DNA of 64,000 bases, from contig OX597835.1 of NCBI GenBank assembly GCA_951406725.2, forward strand, positions 23,374,001-23,438,000. Reading direction: 5' to 3'. Of the stretch, positions 27,194 through 37,934 are shown in pieces. The number at the start of each line of letters is the position of its first letter. The first letter of the stretch is position 1. Position numbers and translations under genes: made by a program. Source of the stretch: Octopus vulgaris. Lineage: Eukaryota. The notes under the pieces were generated by a model. The model did not search any database and had not been told where the DNA came from. It was given only the letters and a program-made list of their open reading frames with translations.

Positions 27194-29149
27194 GTATGTA
27201 TGTAGGTGTGCCTTTGTGTTTGTCTATCCCCAAACCAGTGTTGGTTTGTTGACATCCCCATAACTTAGCAGTTCAGCAAAAGCAACTGATAGAAAAATAG
27301 ACTTTAAAAAAAGATAGTGCCCCAGCATGGCCATAACCCAATGACTGAAACAAATAAAAGATGAAGGAAAACTGCAGCTGGAACACCTTTAGTTATAGGC
27401 CTGGTATCCTTGACCTTTTCCAGAGCCTCCATAATAGGAGGGAGAGAGGAATGGGGACTGGATCTGAATGCTTATAATAAACTGAACCCTGTTCAAGGTA
27501 TCTTAAGGACCAGCTTGATAGTGTTAAACCAGATAATGGATTAAGTTTACCTCTCTTAGCCTCAGATAGTATCATTATCACCAATTAACTCTTTAGTGTT
27601 CAGATTATTCAATCAAACATAATGCCTATTGATTCCCATTGATTTGAATTAATCATGCATTGTCTCATATCTTCAAGATCTTGATGGTGTAATTACTTAA
27701 TGTAGAATAACATTGTAGGGTAGGTGTGAGAGCCTGGATCTGGTCAGTTTGAACATAAAACAGATTAACTATTTTGGCCGGATATGGCCGGTTTAAATAC
27801 TAAAGGGTTAATATCTGTTTTCCACACTAGCATAGGCTGGACAGTCCAACAGGAACTGGCAAGACAGAGAGCTATGTCAAGCAACCCTCTGCCTGGTTTG
27901 GCATGGTTTCTATAGCTGGATGGCTCCATAATGATAATAACTTTACAAAGTATACTGGATGCTTTTTTACAAAGCAACACCACTAGTGAGGTCACCAAGT
28001 GACTTCCTAGACAAGACCCCTCAACTAAGTGGGAGGGGGGTGTTAGTATTGAGGGGTGAAGGTGCATGGCTCAGTGATTAAAGCACCAGGCTCACAATCA
28101 TGAGGTAGCAAGTTCAGTCCCCAGACCGGGCTGTGTGTTGTGTTCTTGAGCAAGACACTTTATTTTATGTTGCTCCAGTTTATTCAGCTGTAGAAACGAG
28201 TTGCGACATCACTGGTGCCAAGCTGTATCAGCTTTTGCCTTTCCCTTGCAAAACATCGGTGAGGTGGAGAGGGGAAGCTGGTATGCATGGGTAACCGCTG
28301 GTCTTTCACAAAACAACCTTGCCTGGACTTGTGCCTCGGAGGGGAACTTTCTAGGTGCAATCCCATGGTCATTTGTGACCGAAGGGGAGCTTTACTTTGA
28401 TTTTACTGACTTAGTATTGAGGAAGATGGCTTTATTTTATGTAATGAATGTTAACACATGATAGAGAAAGACAGACAAAGCAAGACCCCTCAAGTGAAGG
28501 TATGGGATGAGGTGTATTAAGGAGGGTGACTTTATGCCAGGTGATGAGAGGTTAAAGTATGATAAGGACAGGAACATATGTCTTGCAGTTAGGGAAATAC
28601 ATGGCTATCCCAGTTAGATGGTGGTGAAGATGTAACAGGTAGTCTAAAATGTACTAGGTCTTTTTAGAAACAAAGAGCGATGATCATAGTTAGAATGTCT
28701 TTGATCATAATCCTACAAGATCAGAGCTGACCTGGGATTACTAAACAACAACAAAAATATGATAAAAGCAATGTGTTCAACTTACGTTCGTGTCCAGCCA
28801 GCTGTATCCAGCTATCACCTTTGGGTTTATTAAAAGCCAGTTTTGACTTCGATGTTTCACAATGTATCCTCTGACAAAAAAAAAAAAAAGAAATTAGTTG
28901 TTTTTTTTTTAATGAAAACTTTTGAAAGATGTGAAATAATTCTTTTCTTTTGGAATTGGTTCTGGAAGTACATAAATCCTATAAATAATGGTATGTAAAT
29001 AAATATTGAGTTGAAAAATTCTTTTGGATACAAAAAGTTAAAGGCTGCTACAGGCAGAGGAATGGCTGTGTGGTTAAGAAGCTCACTTTGCAACCACATG
29101 ATTTTGAGTTCAAGCCCATTGCATGGCACCTTGGCCAATAAAAGAATTA

Positions 29150-29181
<32 letters not shown>

Positions 29182-32100
29182 GGCTGCGAGCTGGCAGAAT
29201 CTTTAGCATGCCAGGTGAAATGCTTAGCAATATTTCATCTGCTGCTATGTTCTGGGTTCAAATTCTACCAAGATCGATTTTGTCTTTCATCATTTTGAGG
29301 GGTCAATAAATTAAGTACCAGTTACTTCCAGCATGTTAAGGATTCTGCTAGCTCACCACCAATAATAATAATAATAATAACCATTTCTATTATAGGTATA
29401 TGGCCTGAAGTTTTTTTTGAGGAGGGGGGACTAGTTGATTACATTGACCCCAGTGTACAACTGGCACTTATTTCATCAACCCTAAAAGGATGAAAGGTAA
29501 AGTCCTTGTGGAAATTTGAACTTAGAATGTAGCAATGGGCGAAATACCGTTAAGCATTTCATCCAGCATGCTAAGCATTCTGCCAGCACCCCGACGTGTA
29601 CTCAGAGGTGTGAGTTCGTGTCTCATAGCTGGCCGCCAGCACTTTTTTTCTGCAAAATAGGGGTAGCTTATCCTGTTCAGGCTATATTATTAGCTTTATC
29701 CTGTGTTTGAGAATTTAAAATCACTTTTTTAACTTTCTAAGACATCTCAATGCTTCTAAAGCAAACTTCGTTTGTTTGTTTACGTTCACCGTAATAATAA
29801 TAATAATCCTTTCTACTATAGGCACAAGGCCTGAAATTTTGGGAGTTGCGGCCAGTCGATTACATCGAACCCAGTACACAGCTGGTACTTAATTTATCGA
29901 CCCTGAAAGGATGAAAGGCAAAGGCGACCTCAGTGAAATTTGAACTCAGAACTTGAAGACACGAAATACTGCTAAGCATTTCGTCCAACATGCTAACGAT
30001 TCTGCCAGCTCACCACAAATAATGATGATAATACTTGTTTCTGATTTAGGCATAACAGCTAGTTTTCTAAAACCCAGGCATCTTGGAGAAGTATTATTCT
30101 CTGCAAGCTACAGAAGGGCAGCAAATCTAGGAAAGCAGTAAAACTGACAGAGTGTGGAGAAGACACTTAAGTCTTGTCAGGGGATTCTTTAGTCCAACTG
30201 ATGGTACCGTAAAACAGACTCAGTCCAAAGGGTAAAGTGGTTGGTAATAGGAAGGGTATTCCGCTATAAAGAAACAGGTCGACGAATTAATTTTGGATGC
30301 CACCAAAGGAATGTGGGAGTGTGGGAGGGGGGGTCACCTGCCTGGAAAGGGCAGTAACTTTGAATTAGTATTTACCATCCAACCCATACAAGAATGTAAA
30401 AGCAAACATATGACAATGTTATGATGATGATGATGATGATTGTGGTAGTGATGGTGATGTTCGAACTTTCTAGAAAAGTGAATAATTTCCTCTTATTTTA
30501 TAAACTCCAAAAAGGAAATATTTCAACCGGATTTGGTCCTGGAAAATCAACTATCAACTCATCCCAGCTGTGTTGCATTTTGGGAGAGAGAGGGGGGGAG
30601 GGAGGGAAAGAGAGGGTGTGTGTGTGTTCGTGTGTATGTGTTTTAATTTCTGTTTGTCGACATTTATATTTCATACATACTCTTTCATTTCCTATTTCAC
30701 TCCTCTTTCTTTCTTTCTCTCTCTCTCTCTGGTTTCCTCCACAAAGTCCAGAAGAACTAGCTTGCTGACCACAAAAGACAGTTGAAACAATGTCAGACAT
30801 TCACTGATATATTAAACGCCACCACACCTCATCTCAACATTATACTTATTTTCATGCATAAAGGAATCCTCTCCCACAACTAAGATAGAAGATCCTTTCT
30901 TAAGCTCATCTACTTTTCCCAGCTAGCTTGTACACTATGGCAACACTATTATGTTCTCAATATTCTGTGTAACATCCTTTTTTATTCAGATTTTTTAGTT
31001 TTTGGGTGAACCACACTAATAGCTTTTGAATGAATATAGCCCATCGAAACATTATTTTTCAGAAAATGAAGGGTAATGATAGATATTAAGCTTACATTGA
31101 GCATATAATTAACAGAAAACTATAATAATATTATAACATTTATTGACATAATGAATTATTTAGCCACATGAGCACCAAGGAAGAAACGATCTGATTGTGG
31201 GAGCTCCAAGACTGACAGCTAGAGATTTAAGGAATATTGGCTGCAAGTTACATGGGAAACCTGAACAAATAAAGCCAATTTTCACCACCTCCAGACTTCC
31301 TCGTTTACTGAAAACCATGAGGAATCACATCATTGGGACCATGGCTTCCGTGCAAGAACTCCTGATTCTGCCTCCTCACAGGAATTTGAGTCTTCAATGG
31401 GCCCAAAAGTACATGATGTTAGACTTGAGTTGTGTTCTGTTTACTGACAAAACCAGGGCAACCCTTGACAAACCTGATGGTTGGGCAAATGGTTGGGTCT
31501 ATTTTGAAGATGAGTGTCACCAACGTTTACGAGGCAATTTCTACTCTTCTCCTCTGGAAGTCATCTACTCGCAATACCAGAGGGTGCACACTCTCCTACC
31601 CTGATGTAATCTCCAGGGATACAGGCATCCAGCAACAAGACCTCCGTAATGCTATGATGGCCCGTGAAGTCTGGCGTAGCATGGTAAATTCCATTGTCTC
31701 GACCACAATCGAACAATGATGATGATGAACGTTTACGATATCAACAGCAGAGTCATGGAGGAGTCATGTTGTATGCTGGTATCATTGGAGACAGAATTGT
31801 TGGTCCAGTCAGGGTGCCTGAAGAGGTTAAAGTGACTGCAGCCACCTACAGCAATCTCCAGGAGGCCTTGGGTCCCTGGCTAGAGGACATATTGCTGTTA
31901 CTTCAAAGGAATCTTGTATTCATGCATGACAATGCTCCCTCCCACTCTGCTAGGACCACCCAAACATTCCTGGTGTCTTACAGCATATAAGGTGAAAGAT
32001 TGATGGTGTGGCTGCCAGCATCTCCAGATCTCAACCCTAACCAAAATCTTTGGTCCATCATTAAACAAGATGTTTATGCCAATGGATGCGAATTTACATT

Positions 32101-35100
32101 GAAAGATGTCTTATGGGCGACCATCAAAGCTGCAGCAGAAGCAGTCCAACCAGCTATTATTAAGGAATTGACAGATTCCATGACTAATAGGGCTTTTGAA
32201 GTTATCTGTTGAAATGGTGCTTATGTGGCTAAATAATTCATTATGTCAATAATGAATATTATTATGGTTTTCTGTTGAATATATACTCAATGTATGCTTA
32301 ATATGTATCATTACTCTTCATTTTCTGAAAAAAAAATGTCTAGATGGGCTATTTTCATTCAAAAGCTATTAGCATGGTTCACCCAAAAACTGAAGAATCT
32401 GAAATAAAAAAGAAAAGACATTACACAGAATAACGAAAACCTAACAATGGTGTTGCCATAGTGTGCAAATCAGTTGGGAAAAGTTTTATCAAAATCCATT
32501 CACAGAAAACCCAAAAATCCTAAACTTCACTCCTATGCTATCAGTGTGGTTCTGGGTGTATAAATACCCTAACACTCAAACATCACTACTTCTCATTTCC
32601 AATTTTCTTTTGACTCCTTATTGGGGGCCCTTAGGAGCTGCTGCTTTGACACCTTGGATACCAGGACACTTTGCAGGATTATGGGTTAACATTTCTCAGA
32701 TTTCGTATCCAACAACTTCACTCAGAAACTAAAATATATCTTGTTACTGGTGTGGTTCGGGAGTGTCAACTCAGACTGTTTGATCATGTTCGATTTTTCC
32801 GAGTTGAATACTGCGTATTGAGTTTCCCCTTTCTATGGATCCAGCTGGGGTGACAGCTTGTATTGATCAACCCCCATGTCACATGGTCAAAGTGGATGAG
32901 GAAGAACTCTGAGAAGACAAGGACTGACTTGGATACTTTTTAGAGGGTTGCTCAGGACTACCTGAGCAAATTAAAAGCTAGGAAAGTTACCTTCACGAGC
33001 CATGCTGACTCCTAAGGATCAGTTTCCCAGTTTCCATGGCATATGTATATATATTCCATCACCAGGACGGGATACCAGCCTGTTGCAAGACTACTCATTT
33101 TTGCCAGTTGAGTGGACTGAAGCAACATGAAATGAAGTGTTTTGCTCAAGAAACGCAACATGTCACCCAGTCCAGAAATCAAAACCCCAATCTTCTGATC
33201 ACGAGTCCAATCCCTTAACCACTAACCCATGTGCCTCCACCGCTCGAGCAAATACCAACAAATGATGCATGCAGCAATGCACTACAACACATGCTCCTTT
33301 AGCTGACCAGAACCTTGTTAGTTCCTTTAGGTTAGTTTAGCATGACCATCCCCCTGAATGCTTCAACGATTTCACTTGAGCACATCATCCATCATGGTCC
33401 CCCATGCATGTTCTTAATTTGTCAACATTTACCATTCCACTGTCCTGAAGCAAATTGTCCACATATACCTAGACGTCTTCTTTCCCTGTTGGTTCTTCCT
33501 TCAATTGACTGCCATAAGACCAGTTGACACACAGGTTCTTCTGGATGCCTGATGCAATGACCAACAATTCTCATTCTTCTCTGTTGAATCTTCTCAGTCA
33601 CTTTGGGCAGACCTTGATAAAGCTGCTCATTGGTCAATTGGATTCTCCATGTAACATTCAGAGCCATTCTTAACATTCTTGTGTAGCAGCCATCTATTTG
33701 TTTTTCAAGCTTTTTGGTGAGGGTTCCTTAATTTCCTCTCATTTAGTTCAAAACCTAAGAGCAGTCATGAGCAAACAGCAGCCAGCAGGATATTCTGAAT
33801 GGCAGGCCTAACAAAAGATTACCTTGAATTTTTTTTAGCAGTACAGCCTACCTGATGATGGCCCATGTCTCATGCAACCTGCTTCTCAAATAAGGTTTTC
33901 CATCCCTACCTTAGGCATTCATTTATTGACCAACATCACTACACTACATTGCATCTCTGCAGGTTTCTAATGATCGCATAAAGGCCTCCTAAGTCTTCTT
34001 CTTATTTTACTCTTCTCAAAGTGTTTGATGGCTAAGCATACACAAGCAGGATTCTTCTTATTAATCCATGTCCACATGGTTAGTCCATTTTACTCCATAA
34101 GAAGCATAGGGCCAGTTTCCTTCATCCAATAAGCTCTATCTGCGACGATTTCATCTCAATCGAAGGAGATGGACTTTTTCTGTCCGGGTTGCGGATCCGT
34201 GGAATAAGCTGCCGGACGAGATAGTGAAGATGCCGACGACTGCTCGGTTCAAAGTCTCCCTTGACCAGAAATGGCCTGAACTCTTTGCATGAACACCACC
34301 CCGTACATAACTCCATGTCCCCCTACATGGCCTTGCTTTTTGCTTTTTGAGCCAAATATTTAACTTAACTTAACTTATATATATTCCTGCCTGGATGGGA
34401 TGCTGGTTCAGATCAAAATCACTCATTTTTGCAAGTGGACTGGAGCAACATGAAATGAAGGGTTTTGCTCAAGAACACAACACATCGCCCAGTCCAGGAA
34501 TCAAAACCACAATCTTACAATCATGAGTCCAACACCCTAACCACTATGTATCTCCACTATGTCTACACATGGAGGGAATATGGTGGGATAAAGGCATAAA
34601 GTAAATCCCAAATCCCTGGAAGATATTCTTTTGGTAAGCCATAAATAATAGCAAAAGACATTGCTGTGTGGTAAGAAGTTTGCTTCCCAACCGCACGGTT
34701 TCGGGTTCAGCCCTACTGAGTGGTACCTTGGGAAAAAATTTCTACTATGGCTTCAGGCCAACCAAGGCCTCATAAGTAGATTTGGTAGATGGAAACTGAA
34801 AGAAGCCATTGAAACCATGCCAAAACAGACAGGGAGCTGGAACAGCCCTTCGGCTGGTCAGCTCATGTCAAACCATCCAGAAAGGAAAATGGATGTTAAA
34901 TGATGATGATATATATGTGTGTGTGTATTGCTCCTTTTCTCTCTACAATATGAAGAAGAAACAGCTAGGAAATGGAACTCTAGAGAACTTCAGTGGGAAA
35001 TATACCGATTCCATTGAATAAGCAGTGTGTCTATCAAATACTATTGTTTACCATTTTGCTTTGCATTTATGTTCCTACTTATGTGTGTGTATGTATAAAT

Positions 35101-35121
35101 ACACACACACACACAAACATT

Positions 35122-35164
<43 letters not shown>

Positions 35165-36109
35165 TTTTTTTCATAGTTTCAGCTCAGAGCTGCGGCCATG
35201 CTGATGCACCGACACACATATACATGCATACACACATATATACACACATACACACATATATATATATACACTCACATTTATATTCTTTTACTTTTTCCAG
35301 TCATTTTACTGCGGCCATGCTGGAGCACCGCCTTTAGTCAAGCAAATCGATCCCAGGACTTATTCTTTGTAAGCTTAGTACTTATTTTATCAGTCTCTTT
35401 TGCTGAACTGCTAAGTTGTGTGTGTGTGTTCTTTGTATTTGTCCCCCACCACACCACTACTTGACAACTGGGGTTGATTTGTTCAACTAAACACTTCAAA
35501 GCAGTGCCCCAGCATGGCAACATAATAATAATAGTTTCAAATTTTGCCACAAGGGCAGCAATTTTGGGGGAGGGGACTAGTCGATTACATCAACCCCAGT
35601 GTTTCACTGGTACTTATTTCATTGACCCTGAAAGGTAGAAAAGGCAAAGTTGAACTTGGCAAAATTTGAACTCAGAATGTAGTAGCAGACAAAATAATGC
35701 TAAGTATTTCACCCAGCTTGCTAACAATTCTGTTGGCTCACCACCTTAATAATAATAATAATAATCCTTTCTACTAAAGGCACAAGGCTTGAAATTTTGA
35801 GGGAGAGGACAAGCCAATTACATCGACCCCAATGTTTCACTGGTACTTAATTTATTGACCCCCGAAATGATGAAAGTCAAAGTCGACCTCAGTGGCATTT
35901 GAACTCAGAACATAAAAATGGACAAAATGCTGCTAAGCATTTTGCCTGGCATGCTAAATATTAATAATAATAATAATATTAATAATAATAATATTAATAA
36001 TAATAATATTAATAATAATAATATTAATAATAATAATATTAATATTAATAATAGTAATAATAATATTAGTAATAATAATATTAGTAATAATAATATTAGT
36101 AATAATAAT

Positions 36110-36165
<56 letters not shown>

Positions 36166-36534
36166 AAACACTAAAACAACAAAGGACTGCAACCAAACCC
36201 TACAACAAAATCTAATGCAATAAAAATACCTGGAAGTGATTGTACTTCCCCAACAACAACAAAAATGTACAGACAATGAAGTACACACCTGTGTAACATG
36301 GAGGTGTAGAAGGTGATGCAGTAGAAATCTGCCCAAAGCAATCAAATGTTGAATAATGAGGGGTTAAGTCGATTACATCAACCCCCAGTACTCAACTGGT
36401 ACTTAATTTATCGACCCTGAAAGGATGAAAAGTAAAGTCGACCTCGGTGGAATTTGAACTCAGAATGTAACAGCAGATGAAATACTTCTAAGCATTTCGC
36501 CCAGCATGCTAACAATTCTGCCAGCTTGCCACCT

Positions 36535-36569
<35 letters not shown>

Positions 36570-37934
36570 TTCGTTTTTGGATTTGGTTTGCAAGATTCTT
36601 TATTTGATTTCATGTGTGGAAGCATATTCTGTTGTGTCTGGGGAGAGTCATTTTCTTTTTGTGCCTTATAATGTAAAACACTCACCGGTAAAATTTCCCC
36701 TTATTTCTTATTTTTAAGTGGAAATATTACCGGTGAGTGTTTTACATTATAAGGAACAAAAAGAAAATGACCCTCCCCAGACACAACAGAATAATAATAA
36801 TAACAATCCTTTCTACAATAGGCACAAGGCCTGAAATTTGTGGGGAGGGGACTAGTTGATTACACCAACCCCAGTTTCACTGGTACTTAATTTATTGACC
36901 CCGAAAGGATGAAAGGCAAATTTGAACTCAGAACACAGCAGCAGATGAAATACCACTCAGCATTTCACCCGGCGTACTAACGATTCTGCCAGCTCGCCAC
37001 CTCAATAATGATGATGATGAAGATTATTATTATTAATATTATTATTATTATTAATAATTAATTATTTTATTGGCCACAAGGGCTTACAAAAATCAATTAA
37101 AATCAAGTAGGGACATAATAATCCTTTCTACCAAAGGCACAAAGCCTTAAATTTGTGGAGAGGGTACTAGTCGATGACATCAACCCCAGTATACGACTGA
37201 TACGAATTCTATCAACACCTCCCTCCACACACACACACACACACGCACATGCTCACACACATATGAAAGGATGAAAAACAAAGATGATCTTGAAGGAAAT
37301 GACCAATGCCTTATGAATGAATTTGGTAGGCTGAAACTATGTGGAAGCCGGTTGTATATGTTTATGTATATGTGTGTGTATATGTCTTCATGTTTGTGTT
37401 TGTCCCCTACCCACCCACCACTTAACAACTGATGTCGGTTTGTTTACAACCCGGTAACTTAGCAGTTCGGCAAAAAATAGGATAAGTTATACATCTAAAA
37501 GATAAGAACTAAAGTCAGTCTGTTTAATTAACCATTGAAGGTGGTACTCCAGCATGGCCAGACAATCAAATGACTGAAACATTGTGGCAATAAGTTTTCA
37601 TGTTTGTGCTGTCGTCCCCCTACCACTACCACCACCACTTGAAAATTGGTGTTGGTTTGTTTACAACCCTGTAACTTAGCAGTTTGGCAAAAGAAACTTA
37701 TAGAATAAGCACCAAATTTAAAAGATAAGAGCTGGAGTCAATCTGTTAAACTAACCACCAAAGCAAGTGCCCCAGCATGACCACAGTCAAATGGCCAAAA
37801 CAAGGGAAGGATAGGAGATATGAAAAAAGGAAAACAGAAATAACAGGTTGAAAGTAAAATGAAATTAAGGAGAAATGTTCAGAGCGTACCTGATACTTTG
37901 GTAAATTGAGAAGCATGTGGAGGTCTGAAGACAT
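7788..37934 (-). CDS. IP3K1: Inositol-1,4,5-trisphosphate 3-kinase, IP3K1-like; spliced CDS of 10 exons: 37890-37934, 28786-28870, 21457-21606, 19825-19897, 18476-18611, 16578-16634, 13116-13169, 10497-10613, 9430-9606, 7788-7847; 317 aa
   Basis: Manual splicing at GT-AG sites gives one open frame with matching phases. It contains WIQLAGH, PNIIDMKLG (PxxxDxKxG), RTFLESEV, TKLRYMQFRE, LGFRIEA, IGSSLL, WLIDF and EDGVLFGLDNII, in the order expected for IP3 3-kinases. The symbol follows the resembling Drosophila gene as recalled. Confidence 0.92.
8605..9345 (-). mobile_element. RTE-related element 3' end with (GAT)n tail and an internal 42-bp tandem array
   Basis: ORF 9155..9403 RPRKTCNKVMQHDL; AGGAAGGG..CCAGCTGTAGAAA motif; array at 8858-9040. 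Confidence 0.7.
8858..9040. repeat. 42-bp tandem minisatellite, about 4.5 copies
   Basis: Unit similar to AGGCCCAACGCTCGAAAGGAACTCAGCCACTTTGCCTCCGTG. Confidence 0.9.
9430..9606 (-). CDS. IP3K1: IP3 3-kinase exon (LIGSSLL...WLIDFTKT...EDGVLFGLDNIIQ)
   Basis: SSLL and IDF catalytic motifs; poly-T cag acceptor, GTATA donor; 177 nt. Confidence 0.96.
10101..10380. mobile_element. Solo LTR, 280 bp, inserted in a SINE
   Basis: TGTGG...CCACA termini; exact 5-bp TSD GCATG (10096-10100 and 10381-10385); GC/CpG-rich relative to flanks. Confidence 0.85.
10497..10613 (-). CDS. IP3K1: IP3 3-kinase exon (VTHIIHKFLR...LESSTFFMKHQ)
   Basis: RLREMRSVLESSTFFxxH motif; ccccag acceptor, GTAAA donor; 117 nt. 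Confidence 0.94.
11187..11530 (+). mobile_element. CR1-clade LINE 3' end, same family as 4490-5123
   Basis: NTCGHIYKV...FFTLRVAEAWNKL plus a matching 3'UTR. Confidence 0.85.
12480..12885 (+). mobile_element. RTE-clade LINE reverse transcriptase fragment
   Basis: Translates to VGVYQGSALS..LFIIVL...PWELLYADDLAL...GLRVN..KTKV. Confidence 0.85.
13116..13169 (-). CDS. IP3K1: IP3 3-kinase exon (MSGEAPNANLKKVKTREQ)
   Basis: tgcag acceptor, GTAAGT donor; 54 nt, phase 0/0; fills the expected LKKxKTREQ segment. Confidence 0.88.
13342..13600. repeat. Inverted-repeat element with about 73-bp arms, related to the Penelope-like family
   Basis: 13342-13415 is the reverse complement of 13470-13542; same family as 36570-36793. 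Confidence 0.75.
15797..15962 (+). mobile_element. Internal CR1 RT fragment lacking a 3' tail
   Basis: Near-identical to the reverse complement of about 4935-5100. Confidence 0.85.
16247..16400 (-). mobile_element. 5'-truncated family B SINE
   Basis: 13-bp TSD AAAGTGAATACCT (16234-16246 and 16401-16413). Confidence 0.85.
16578..16634 (-). CDS. IP3K1: IP3 3-kinase exon (FREQQSSSASLGFRIEAVR)
   Basis: LGFRIE motif; tttcag acceptor, GTGAGT donor; 57 nt. Confidence 0.95.
16752..17236 (+). mobile_element. Non-autonomous Helitron-like element; a similar 5' end occurs at 53217
   Basis: A|TC start (TCTATAATAATAAAAG...TCTGTCTGT); subterminal hairpin CCGC..GTGG; CTAA|T end (CTRR); no TSD. Confidence 0.6.
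18081..18152 (+). tRNA. Initiator-tRNA-Met-like gene or pseudogene with anticodon CGT (Thr); probably decayed
   Basis: 72 nt colinear with eukaryotic tRNAiMet. Perfect acceptor stem GGCAGAG/CTCTGCC, anticodon stem CTGGG/CCCAG, loop TTCGTAA. D and T arms have mismatches and the T-loop reads ATCAAAA. Confidence 0.75.
18476..18611 (-). CDS. IP3K1: IP3 3-kinase exon (TFLESEV...PTAQERQAKALTKLRYMQ)
   Basis: Inositol-phosphate-binding lobe motifs; tgcag acceptor, GTAAA donor; 136 nt. Confidence 0.95.
19055..19290 (+). mobile_element. tRNA-derived Meta-domain-like SINE (family B), full copy nested in a family A SINE; dozens of other copies in the window
   Basis: A/B boxes (GAGCTGGCAGA, GAGTTCAAATTCC); GACTTTGCCTTTCATCCTTTC...AAGTACC core; 12-bp TSD ACTAGAAGCAAA. 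Confidence 0.88.
19825..19897 (-). CDS. IP3K1: IP3 3-kinase exon (FIEIQNLLEDFHDPNIIDMKLGT)
   Basis: Inositol-binding signature PxxxDxKxG; 73 nt; AG|GTAAA donor. Confidence 0.95.
20102..20318 (+). mobile_element. Mariner-derived deletion element (MITE)
   Basis: TA flanks; TIRs GGGTGCTGAAAAGTTCCT.GCTTT / AAAGCCAGGAA.TTTTCAGCACCC; C-terminal remnant GLEKL...CVNLRGEYVE*. Confidence 0.8.
20475..20860. mobile_element. Palindromic Penelope-like element with about 145-bp inverted arms and hammerhead-like cores
   Basis: Arms about 20520-20665 and 20705-20850 are reverse complements; CTGAAGA...GAAA core; single-arm copy at 63170-63390. Confidence 0.6.
21457..21606 (-). CDS. IP3K1: IP3 3-kinase exon (TFAPATSNTIWKRR...VPKFYQQIEYHGQ)
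   Basis: ttgtag acceptor; U12-type donor GTATCCTTTT; 150 nt; VPKFY motif; lies within ORF 21431..21697. Confidence 0.93.
23960..24565 (+). mobile_element. Degenerate RTE LINE fragment
   Basis: Similar to the downstream part of the 12480 element (WKQ.LESKG, WVHK.CSGI, FCYLGD). Confidence 0.65.
25013..25205 (-). mobile_element. Second CR1-like LINE family, 3' end with (TAACT)n tail
   Basis: SVRVADPWNKLPDEIV...FKVSLD; near-identical to 34160-34376. Confidence 0.8.
25370..25584. mobile_element. TTAA-targeted piggyBac-like MITE
   Basis: TTAA on both sides; TIR CCCTTTCGTTAC / GTAATGAAAGGG. Confidence 0.8.
27589..27807. mobile_element. TTAA-targeted MITE, second family. Also about 19596-19800, 21046-21095 and 58494-58713
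   Basis: TTAA flanks; CCCTTTAG-type TIRs; shared internal sequence. Confidence 0.75.
28055..28410 (+). mobile_element. tRNA-derived CORE-like SINE (family D). Related heads at 40500-40815, 33040-33240(-), 34400-34560(-)
   Basis: TGGCTCAGTG A-box, GTTCAGTCCC B-box, CTTGAGCAAGACACTT core; 12-bp TSD TTAGTATTGAGG. Confidence 0.8.
28786..28870 (-). CDS. IP3K1: IP3 3-kinase exon (RIHCETSKSKLAFNKPKGDSWIQLAGHE)
   Basis: Poly-T/tcag acceptor, GTAAGT donor, WIQLAGH motif; 85 nt, phase 0 to 1. Confidence 0.92.
30933..32463 (+). mobile_element. Decayed Tc1-family DNA transposon with about 245-bp terminal inverted repeats
   Basis: TIRs at about 30933-31177 and 32215-32463; TA on the left, TG on the right. 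Transposase remnants VLFTDK, VFMHDNAPSH and SPDLNPNQNLW (DD34E-type), with frameshifts and stops. Confidence 0.9.
31533..31727 (+). mobile_element. 5'-truncated RTE/RTE-X LINE 3' end nested in the Tc1 transposase
   Basis: 11-bp TSD AACGTTTACGA (31522-31532 and 31728-31738); (GAT)n tail; C-terminal peptide LLLWK...AMMAREVWRSMV. Confidence 0.85.
33330..34120 (-). mobile_element. RTE-X-like LINE fragment
   Basis: ORF 33422..33676: LRMALNVTW...TNEQLY..LPKVT..I..RRMR..GHCIRH...LVLW. Confidence 0.75.
34160..34376 (+). mobile_element. Second CR1-like LINE family, 3' end
   Basis: Near-identical to the reverse complement of 25013-25205. Confidence 0.8.
35958..36163. repeat. (AAT)n microsatellite with 15-bp higher-order units
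   Basis: AATAATAATAATATT and AGTAATAATAATATT units. Confidence 0.95.
36570..36793. repeat. Inverted-repeat element with about 75-bp arms
   Basis: 36625-36700 is the reverse complement of 36718-36793. Confidence 0.75.
37890..37934 (-). CDS. IP3K1: IP3 3-kinase putative first coding exon (MSSDLHMLLNLPKYQ)
   Basis: ATG in accATG context with an in-frame TAA 10 codons upstream. The CAG|GTACG donor is phase 0, matching the next exon. A possible acceptor near 38328 would make 37935-38327 5'UTR. No conserved motif confirms it. Confidence 0.55.

Noticed and set aside
28864-28872. GTATCCT on the + strand as a second U12 donor
   Set aside because: Antisense to a kinase exon, with no matching + strand exon or branch site
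31197-32212. Active transposase gene
   Set aside because: Frameshifts, stops, an RTE insertion, a missing N-terminus and the catalytic E replaced by Q
35905-36345. Poly-Asn/Leu/Ile ORFs
   Set aside because: (AAT)n microsatellite
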